Source: Octopus vulgaris (taxonomy: Eukaryota). From it: a stretch of DNA of 64,000 nucleotides. The position numbers and the translations under genes are program-made. Below are positions 54,384-64,000 of this stretch, one piece after another. The stretch is taken from positions 24,428,001-24,492,000 of the forward strand of contig OX597835.1 of NCBI GenBank assembly GCA_951406725.2, given 5' to 3'. The stretch's first letter is position 1, and each line of letters begins with the position of its first letter. The notes under the pieces are model-generated. The model saw only the letters and a list, made by a program, of their open reading frames with translations. It ran no database searches and was not told where the DNA came from.

Positions 54384-55152
54384 CCTTCCTACTGGAGGTA
54401 CAAAGCCTCAAATTTTGAGCGGGAGGGACTGGTCGATTACATCGACCCAGTGTTTCACTGGTACTTAATTTATCGACCCCGAAAGGATGAAAGGCAAAGT
54501 CGACCCCAGTGGAATTTGAACTCAGGTCGTAAAGACGGGAGAAATACCACTAGGCATTTTGCTCAGCGTGCTATCGATTCTGCCAGTGCGCTACCTTACG
54601 TAATCGACCCCGAAAGGATGAAAGGCAAAGTCGAGCTCGGCGGAATTTGAACTCAGAACGTAACAGCAGATGAAATACTGCTAAGCATTTGGTCCGGCGT
54701 GCTAACGTTTCTGCCAGCTCGCCGCCTTTGCACTTTGATCAATGCCGTTGTTTCCTCCTTGAAGCAATACTTGAAGAAAGGACCGAGGGATTTGGCCTGA
54801 AAGATGAAAAGCTCCATCCAGAAACCTCAATTAAACGAAAAACTAATAATAATAATAAATAATAATTATTGTCGTTATTATTAAATTCAAATTACCTTTT
54901 GTCGTTGACAGGGTGTAACGGAGAGAGTTGTTGTGTGGTAACGGTTGTCCGCCATGGAAATGCTGTTGTCGTTGCTATTGTTGTTGTTGTTGTTACAGCT
55001 GCTGCTAGTACTGCTACAACTACTACTGCTGCTGCTGTTGTTATTGGAACCGGTTTGCACTGGGTGCGACAAATTTCGATCTGTTTGTAATGTAAATTAA
55101 TAATTACTCATGAACAGGCCAAGGGACAGCTGTAACACCATATATGACGAAC

Positions 55153-55221
<69 letters not shown>

Positions 55222-55239
55222 GGTGGTGGTGGTGGTGGT

Positions 55240-55316
<77 letters not shown>

Positions 55317-55326
55317 CAGCAGTAGC

Positions 55327-55392
<66 letters not shown>

Positions 55393-55407
55393 GGTGGTAG
55401 TGGTGGT
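55153..55407. repeat. (AGT)n/(GGT)n/(AGC)n trinucleotide tract
   Basis: Direct inspection. Confidence 0.95.
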
Positions 55408-55631
55408 AGGGATCAATTCAATCTCAGTTACAGACTTTTTAAACAGTTTGAAACTTACCCAAATACGACAAATTTAATACGGAATAACTTCTAAAATACA
55501 AAATATTGTCAAAAACGTTAGAGTAAACCGTGTTCTACGTGACACATTTAACCAGTATCCCAAGTTTCAAACTGTTTAATTAAAAAAAATAATTAATTAA
55601 AAAATCTGTAACTGAGATTGAATTTGTCCTG
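55408..55631. mobile_element. MITE with TIRs
   Basis: aattcaatctcagttacagacttttt / aaaaatctgtaactgagattgaatt plus an inner inverted aaacagtttgaaactt. Confidence 0.75.
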
Positions 55632-55770
55632 CGGAATCATTGAACGAGTTAACTGAAAAGGATTAAAACGTATATCTGTGTGTGTGTACATGTATGTATG
55701 TATGTATGTATGTATGTGTATGTATGTATGTATGTATGTATGTATGTATGTATGTGTGTGTAAGTATGTA

Positions 55771-55807
<37 letters not shown>

Positions 55808-56380
55808 ATGTATGTGTGTATGTATGTATGTATGTATGTGTGTATGTATGTATGTATGCATGCATGTATGTATGTATGTATGTATGTGTGTGTATGTATG
55901 TATGTATGTATGCATACATGTGTGTATGTAGGTATGTATGTATGTATATATGTATGTGTGTATGTATGTATATATGTATGTGTGTGTGTATGTATGTATG
56001 TGTGTGTGTATGTATGTATGTATGTATGTATGATGTATGTATGTGAGCATGTATGCATGTATGTATGTGTGTGTGTGAGAAAATGTGAGAATCTGTATAG
56101 TTGCTTGCCCTGCCAAATCTCTCTCAATGTCACACGCTAACATTATATAAACGAGGGGACACATTGGACACACGCACACACACACACACACACACACGTA
56201 TGTATTCCCTATAAAAGAACTTCCTGCTTTTCTGATCTTTTCAGTCTCAGTCGCAATAGTAGTAATGTCCCAAACCGACAACATGAAGGGAGAGGGGGGG
56301 GGGAGAACTGGACACATGTGCTTATCTACGAAACTTCTCTCATTATAAGTATATATACACACATACGCATGCATGCGTAT

Positions 56381-56438
<58 letters not shown>

Positions 56439-57212
56439 GCACACGCACACATAAACAATCAAGAAATCCCAGTGGAGGAAGTTTGTAAGCCTGAAGTATT
56501 GAGTACTGTCGACAAAAGGTGGACAGTAGACACTATGAAACAACAACGATTCATTGCCATCGAGTGTTATACACTTTTTCCAATATCGAAGCTGCAAAGA
56601 AATTCGATCAGCTGATAGTTTCTGTACAGGTCAGTGTTAGCAACGAGCATTTGGAGCTCGCCTTTTCACTTGTTCCACTTCTTCAATTTGGTTCATACAT
56701 ACATACATACATACATACATACATACATACATACATACATACATACATACATACATACATACGTGCATACAGACATACGTGCATACATACATACATACAT
56801 AAATACATACATACATACATACATACATACATGCATTCATACATACATACACACACACATGCATACATACATACATATATACATACGTGCATACATACAG
56901 ACATACATACGTACATATATGCATTCATAATACATATATACACACACATACATACATATATTAAAGACATACATACATACATACAGACATACGTACGTAC
57001 ATATATGTATTCATAATACATATATACATACATATATTACAGACATACATACTTATGTACGTACATACATTCATACATACATACGCACATACATAATACG
57101 TACATACATACATGCATACATACAAGTATATATACATATACTTCAAAGATTCCGTTCTACGTTCGAAAAAAGATCATCTAATTTTTATCGTTCAATACAC
57201 ATTTCGACGCTT

Positions 57213-57430
57213 AAGGCGGCGAGCTGGCAGAATCGTTAGCACGCCGGGCGAAATGCGTAGCCGTATTTCGTCTGCCGTTATGTTCTGAGTTCAAATTCCG
57301 CCGAGGTCGACTTTGCCTTTCATCCTTTCGGGGTCGATAAATTAAGTACCAGTTACGCACTGGAGTCGATGTAATCGACTTAATTCGTTTGTTTGTCCCC
57401 TCTATGTTTAGCCCTTTGTGGGTAATAAAG
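57213..57430 (+). mobile_element. tRNA-derived SINE family B (Meta/Sauria-like central domain)
   Basis: ggcggcgagctggcagaatcgttagc...gagttcaaattcc...gcctttcatcctttcggggtcgataaa..agtaccag. Other copies at about 1424-1634, 15630-15770, 16250-17200, 20349-20565, 22970-23620, 26630-26850, 46283-46500, 49175-49380, 54385-54727. Confidence 0.85.
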
Positions 57431-57850
57431 AAACATATAAAAGAAAATGTTAGCTTGTTTATATTTATGCACGCATGCATATATATATGTATGTGTATAT
57501 ATATATATGTATGTATGTATGTATATATATCACGTGACCGACCAGACCATCAGATGTTGTTACACATCGCTGGTCACAATGCGTTCGCATTGTTTTAGCC
57601 TTTGAATGACGCCACCCCGCTGGCTAAGCGAGCAGGCCAACAGAAGAAAGAGTGATGAAAGAGTACAGCAGGGATCACCACCCCCTGCCAGAGCCTCGTG
57701 GAGCTTTTAGGTGTTTTCGCTCAATAAACACTCACAACGCCCGGTCTGGGAATCGAAACCGCGATCCTACGACCGCGAGTCCGCTGCCCTAACCATATAT
57801 AGGAATAATAACTATGAAGCATTGTGTAGAATATATTGTATAAAGGATTG

Positions 57851-57950
57851 NNNNNNNNNNNNNNNNNNNNNNNNNNNNNNNNNNNNNNNNNNNNNNNNNN
57901 NNNNNNNNNNNNNNNNNNNNNNNNNNNNNNNNNNNNNNNNNNNNNNNNNN
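57851..57950. other. Assembly gap (100 N)
   Basis: Run of exactly 100 N, a typical unknown-size scaffold gap. Confidence 0.99.
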
Positions 57951-57959
57951 TGCACAAAT

Positions 57960-58094
57960 GTAGGCGTGGCACCATGGGCAAGTGTCTTCTACAATAGGCT
58001 TGGGCCGACCAAAGCCTTGGGCCGACCAAAGCCTTGGGCCGACCAAAGCCTTGTGAGTGGGGATTTGGGAGATGGAAACTGAAAGAAGCCCGTC

Positions 58095-58149
<55 letters not shown>

Positions 58150-58239
58150 ACCTTGGGCAAGTGTTTTCTACAATAGCCTCGGGCCAACCAAAGCCTTGTG
58201 AGTAGGGATTTGGCAGATGGAACCTGAAAGAAGCCCGTC

Positions 58240-58321
<82 letters not shown>

Positions 58322-58552
58322 ATTTATGTGTGTATGCCTTTGTGTCTGTGTTTGTCCACCCCACCATCACTTGACAACCGATGTTGGTGTGTTTACGTTC
58401 CCGTACTCTAGTGGTTCGACCAAAGGGTCCGATAAGATAAGTACTAGGCTTACAAAGAATAAATCCTGGGGGCGATTTCTCAGATCAAAAAGCCCCTTTC
58501 GGACGATGTTCCCGCATGGCCGCAGTGAAAATGACTGAAACAAGTAAAAGAG
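57960..58552 (+). mobile_element. SINE family A with duplicated 5' portion and a 17-bp triplication
   Basis: (ttgggccgaccaaagcc)x3 at ~58000-58050; abuts the assembly gap. Confidence 0.8.
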
Positions 58553-58994
58553 CAATCGTATGCGTAAGGTCCAATGGGACTGAACCTGAAACCACCTGGT
58601 TGCAGAGCGAGTTGCTTAACCACAGAGACAGGCCTGCGATTGTCGAAATAAGATTTTTAAAAAAAGAGCCAGGTGCTGGTGTTAGTGATGTTGTTTGTTG
58701 TTGTTGTGGTGGTGGCGATGATCGCAGTCCGCGTGGGTAAAAAAAAATTAAGGCGGTGCTCCAGCATGGCCGCAGTCAAATGCCTGAAACGTGTAAAAGA
58801 CGAAAAGAAAAAAGTTCTAAAGTTTTTTTTAATAAATTAGTCGTGAAGGATAAAAGTGACGTTATTTCTGGAATGTCTCATCGTCAGAAGAGAGATAGGG
58901 AGAGAGAGGAACAGAGGGAGGGAGAGAGAGGGGGAGGAGGGAGAGACAGAGAAAGAATGGAGAGAGTGACGGACAGAGAAAGAGATAGAAAGAC

Positions 58995-59095
<101 letters not shown>

Positions 59096-59100
59096 TAGAT

Positions 59101-59133
<33 letters not shown>

Positions 59134-59219
59134 TAAATAGACTGAGACAAGCTGAGAGAGAAAGAGATAGAGACAGAAAAATGAGAGAGGGGAGGGAAGT
59201 ACACATAGAGAGAAAAAGA

Positions 59220-59267
<48 letters not shown>

Positions 59268-59526
59268 GACGTAAAAGTGATTGATAGGTAGATTGCAGAG
59301 AGGAGGCAAGAAAAGGCAGGGAGAGAAAGGGGAAAAGGGAGAGAGAGAGAGAGAGAGAGAGAGAGTGAGTGAGAGCGGGTGGATTATTTTTTTAGCTGGG
59401 TGTCATATGTGTAAGCCGTCCATCTATGTATATAAACTAAATTCTTTTGAATCATCAACAGAAGAGGATAATCGACAAACAGACGATTCATGAAAGTAAA
59501 CCAGACGATCACTCTCTTTCTCCCTC

Positions 59527-59576
<50 letters not shown>

Positions 59577-60181
59577 CACATACACATACATATATGTATA
59601 GGCTAGTGAAATGAGACTAGCATAATTAATGTAGTGCATTTAATTAATTATAATTAATCCCAAATAAAGAGAACAAAGATATAAAAAATCATGAGATGTA
59701 ATGATTAATTCTGAACTAGGACGGCAAGGGGGACAACTCTAAAATGTAAACTTATCTATAAGCAGACATCTCAAAAGTAAATAGACACCATTTTTTTTTT
59801 CCAAATATTTATTGCTAGAGACAAAATAATACCATTTGATGCATTTAAATAAATGATTCGAGTATTTAGTAGACATCCCTTGTGCAGTGTTTAGTGATTT
59901 AAAATGTATGGGCATCGTACCAAGAAATAGTGTCCACTCGGACAAAACGGTGTAATGAGAGGTGTCTATATACTTCTGAAATGGGAGTGTGCGTGCGTGC
60001 GTATGTGTGTGTGTGTGCGTGCGTGCGTGCATGTGTGTGTGTGTGTGAGTGCGTGCATGCATGCGTATGTGTGTATGTGTGGATGTGTGTGTGGATGTGT
60101 GTGTGTGTAGGTGTGTGTGTGTGTGTATAAATGTTGTCGTTGGCAAACTTATTATACAAAACATCTCCCCAATCTCTAAAC

Positions 60182-60515
60182 CAGTGGCCCTCAACCGGGA
60201 TCTATATGGCATCTGAGGGTCCATATAAGATTTTGGGGGTCCACGAACTAAATAGTAAGTTGGGGATCCACAGTAGTATTTTAAGGGCCCCTGGAAAAAT
60301 TTTGCTTTAGATGTATGCATTGGTATGTATTGCAAGAAACAGCTAAGTTTTTTTTTCTCTAACATTTTACATAGTTCAACCTATCTATATATGTACAAAA
60401 TAGGAATTTTGAAAGAAGTTTCTATAAAACTAGTTTTTTAAACATCAAATAACTATGGGGTCCACCAGAATAAAATAGTAATCAATGGAGTCCATAAATA
60501 AAAAATGGTTGCTAA
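60182..60515. mobile_element. hAT-like MITE (family also at ~18560-18640, 18960-19095, 27040-27140, 27455-27495, 41130-41220)
   Basis: cagtggccctcaacc start, gggtcc-rich subterminal motifs, aaaaatggttg(agaacc) end. Confidence 0.6.
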
Positions 60516-60543
60516 AAACTGACGACTCCTTCTTGTTCTATGC

Positions 60544-60820
60544 CATGGACCCGAGAACAGAGGGTGCAGAGGGTGAAAGTGCACCCCTAGAATATTTTGC
60601 CCCTAGGGGTGCAAAATCGAACTTTGCACCCATCCTTATGTTTCTCAGGTTTAGAAAACAGTGAATAAAATGTGTTCTGTAACAAGGAGCTCGGAGTTAG
60701 GTTTCTTCTCAAAGAACAAAGAACAAAAATAAATATAATAAAAGAACGATAAGCCCTTATTTGTAAACGTTTTTGGGCCTGAGTTTGCACCCACTAAGCA
60801 AATTTCGTTCCCGAGACCGT
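60544..60820. mobile_element. MITE with imperfect CA...TG TIRs
   Basis: catggacccgagaac / gttcccgagaccgtg; repeated tgcaccc subterminal motifs. Confidence 0.5.
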
Positions 60821-60923
60821 GTTATAAACAACCCCGCTGCCACTCGAACCCATATCCGTTTTATTCTCTCTCTACACCATCCATTCCCAAATCCTCTGCC
60901 TCGCTCATTCTCTCACTAGCATT

Positions 60924-60956
<33 letters not shown>

Positions 60957-61486
60957 AATCCCTTCTCTCCCATCTGTACAAATCTACAAACTTTGCCATT
61001 TTCAATTATTCCCCCTCACTGCGTTTTATGGAAGGGCAACGACAAAGCGAAGAAAACTTCCATCCCAAAAGTCTAGGAACGCAGCAATAAATGCAAATTG
61101 AGTTTTACAACGGGGACCAAAGCTGCTCTCCCCGGATTCTGATTCTCTCTCTTTCTCTTTCTCTCTGTTTCTCCTTCTCTCTCTCTCTCTCTCTCTCTTC
61201 CCCCTCTCTCTCCATCTATATGTCTATCAATAGATCGATCGCCAGATCTGTTTATCTTGCATATGTACAGGCTTACATGCGCGCGCGTGTGTATGCTTGC
61301 GTATCTGTAAACAGATGTGCGTGTGTACTTATATATACATATATATGCATATATACATACATGTATATATTTATATATATACACACACATACATAAATAT
61401 ATATATATAAACATACACACATATATATATATATACATAATACATATATGTATATACACATACATATATATATGTATATTTTTTTG

Positions 61487-61817
61487 TGACCCCCTTCGGT
61501 CATGAATGACCATGGGATTGCACCTAGAAAGTTACCCTCCTAGACACAAGTCCGGGCACGGTTGTTTATGGAAGACCAGCAGTCGCCCATGCATACCGGC
61601 CTCCCCTCTCCACGCCACCAGTGTTATCCAAGGGAAAGACAAAGGTCGATACAGCCTGGCACCTGTGACGTCGCAACTCATTTCTACAGCTGAGTGAACT
61701 GGAGCAACGTGAAATAAAGTGTCTTGCTCAAGAACACAACACGCAGCCCGGTCCGGGATTCGAGCTCACAACCTCACGATCGTAAGCTCGACGCTCTAAC
61801 CACTGAGCCATGCGCCT
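61487..61817 (-). mobile_element. tRNA-derived SINE family D (V-domain-like cttgagcaagacactt)
   Basis: ggcgcatggctcagtggttagagc...tcgaatccc head; older copy at ~15940-16131(-). Confidence 0.8.
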
Positions 61818-61996
61818 TATATATATATATACACACACACGCACACATATATATATATATATATATGTTGGGTGTATATGTGTACGTACATGTATGCGTA
61901 TGTGTGTGTATATATTTATATATATACATATATATGTACATACATCCATCCATCCATCCATCCATCCATACATACATACATACATACATACATACA

Positions 61997-62028
<32 letters not shown>

Positions 62029-62569
62029 CTAAATTTTAAAAAGAACAAACACAAAAAAACAACAACCCGAGGACGTGGTACATGCAATGTTTTAGCAGAG
62101 GCTCTTCTTCGGAAACGGAGGAAGGTACAAAAGAAGGGAAGACGGAGAAAGAAAATCGCCAACGATTCACATGTGGTTATATATATATAGTTCGAAATAT
62201 CACTACACGCGTTTCAATATTGTGGTTTATTGCCAATACGAAATCTACAGCATATAATACTGTGTAACATCAGGTAACATGACGTAAATTCGCATTGTTA
62301 TGTAACCATCCCATTTCGTCAGGTGATACTCTGCCATTTTACGACGAAGTACAATAGACCTATGGAGTGGGGGGAGGGGAGAGATATTTATCAACAAACA
62401 GAATAGAACAGGCATTTTCAAAATGGGATGGAGATATTAAATATTAAAGGACTTGTAGGGATGCAGTATTTCGTTATGCGATCATAATATACTACAAAGT
62501 ATATTAAATGTTTTTATAAGTCAATACCTTGTTCTACTGTGTTAGCAGTGCTACTACATCACTTGTTAA

Positions 62570-62738
62570 GGTTGTCTCTACGGATAATTCTATAGAGATT
62601 ATTGCCAGCACTGGTTTTTGTTATGGCGTTTCGTTTCCGAGATGTCAGGTGTAAATATATTTGACGTCTCGGATACAAAACGTCGTAACAAAAATCAGCG
62701 CTGGCTCGAATTCGTATAGAATATCCGTAGAGATTATC
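62570..62738. mobile_element. Palindromic MITE-like hairpin with TTAA flanks (Kolobok-like RR...YY ends)
   Basis: About 80-bp inverted arms around a ~10-nt loop; TTAA at 62566-62569 and 62739-62742. Confidence 0.6.
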
Positions 62739-63571
62739 TTAAGAAGGAGATGTTAAACTTTTCAAACCAATCAAAGAACCACATTTCCAGAAGCAACTAA
62801 ATTAATGCATACGTATATATTCTTCAAGGAAAATCGTCAAACAGCTATATATTCAATACATATGTTGGAATTTACGGCTAAATGATATATGGTGGGTAGT
62901 TAATGACTTAACAGTAAACAATACTGTTATCTTCGACGCAAGATAGCCGACTATTCAAATTTACTAGGGTCTCAAGAGTGGCGCCAGGACAAACCGGAAC
63001 GCGCCAATTCTTAAGATAATTGATAAGAATTATGACTTGTATCTCTAAGTGTTATAAGTAAAGAAAAAAATCCTAAGGAGTGTTTTGGATTAAACGATAT
63101 ACATATACTCAATAAAAAAATGTGTAAAATAATAAAATAAACGGCAGAAAGGGTTGATTGTTGGGGAGGTGGGTGTTAGTAGTGAATGTTAATAGTGTGT
63201 TGTGTGTGTTCGTCGCATTGTGTCAATAGGAAATATTTATTGTATCCATTTCTTTATATAAAAAGAATTGATAACTAAAACGGGTGAAGATAAAAATAAA
63301 AGAAAGATCATAAAAGTTTCACCTAACAAAATAACATTAAAACTTTACAGACACACTGACAGACGCATACACAAAGAGCAACAATGAAAATTCTTGAATT
63401 GAAGATAAAGGAAACTAAATACCCAAAGAGGAATCTGTATCACTTGAGCATTATTCTAAAGTGAATGGTTATATTTCACAGATTAGCGAATGAGGAGTCT
63501 CTTTGCTAAAGGATTTAATCAGATATCTAAACAGATACGAGGTGGTGTCGAAAGGTTCCCTCGCACTAGTT

Positions 63572-63964
63572 ATACTCTCTTTTACTCTTTTACTTGTTTC
63601 AGTCATTTGACTGCGGCCATGCTGGAGCACCGCCTTTAATCGAGCAATTCGACTCCGGGACTTATTCTTTTGTGAGCCCAGCACTTATTCTATCGGTCTC
63701 TTTTGCTGAACCGCTAAGTAACGGGGACATAAACACACCAGCATCGGTTGTCAAGCAATGCTAGGGGGACAAACACAGACACACAAACATACACACACAT
63801 ATACATATATACGATGGGCTTCTTTCAGTTTCCGTCTATCAAATCCACTCACAAGGCTTTGGTCGGCCCGAGGCTATAGAAGAAGACACTTGCCCAAGGT
63901 GGGACTGAACCCGGAACCATGTGGTTGGTAAACAAGCTACTTACCACACAGCCACTCCTGCGCC
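63572..63964 (-). mobile_element. SINE family A copy
   Basis: Near-full-length, very similar to 22081-22493 apart from a short head deletion. Confidence 0.9.
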
Positions 63965-64000
63965 TATTATGTTTAATATAAAATAGCTGAAGTTTTAACA

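Noticed and set aside
55144-55494. Poly-Ser/Thr/Val ORFs; similar poly-Met/Val ORFs at 1-339, 7115-7925 and 9646-10104
   Set aside because: Trinucleotide microsatellites.
57995-58060. 17-bp triplication in a SINE
   Set aside because: Within ~50 bp of an assembly gap; may be a contig-end artefact or trivial slippage.
61745-61817. tRNA-like sequence (also 13983-14055)
   Set aside because: A/B-box heads run straight into multi-copy SINE bodies; not standalone tRNA genes.

Overview
AT-rich, microsatellite- and SINE-dense eukaryotic genomic DNA, most likely an octopus (coleoid cephalopod), judged from its characteristic tRNA-derived SINE families. Almost all ORFs in the track are microsatellite artefacts. 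The only well-supported gene is the 5' part of a minus-strand NT5C2 (cytosolic purine 5'-nucleotidase, HAD family): coding exons at 27556-27656 and 15494-15567, a candidate alternative first coding exon at 46674-46753, and a CpG-retaining promoter-like zone at about 46.9-49.2 kb. I found no further exons, so the rest of the gene probably lies left of the window. The introns and upstream DNA hold decayed mariner, Tigger/pogo, Tc1-like, Penelope-RT, RTE and R4/Dong fragments, a non-autonomous Helitron, several MITE families and dozens of SINEs. Two things stand out. First, five minimal Penelope-type hammerhead ribozyme motifs, mostly inside fold-back elements embedded in (TA)n/(TG)n; the two with an intact catalytic core lie on the NT5C2 pre-mRNA strand. 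Second, seven copies of an unexplained permuted motif, GAAA-N24/25-CTGA(T/A)GA, with fixed spacing but unrelated spacers. Repeat boundaries were set by eye and are approximate.
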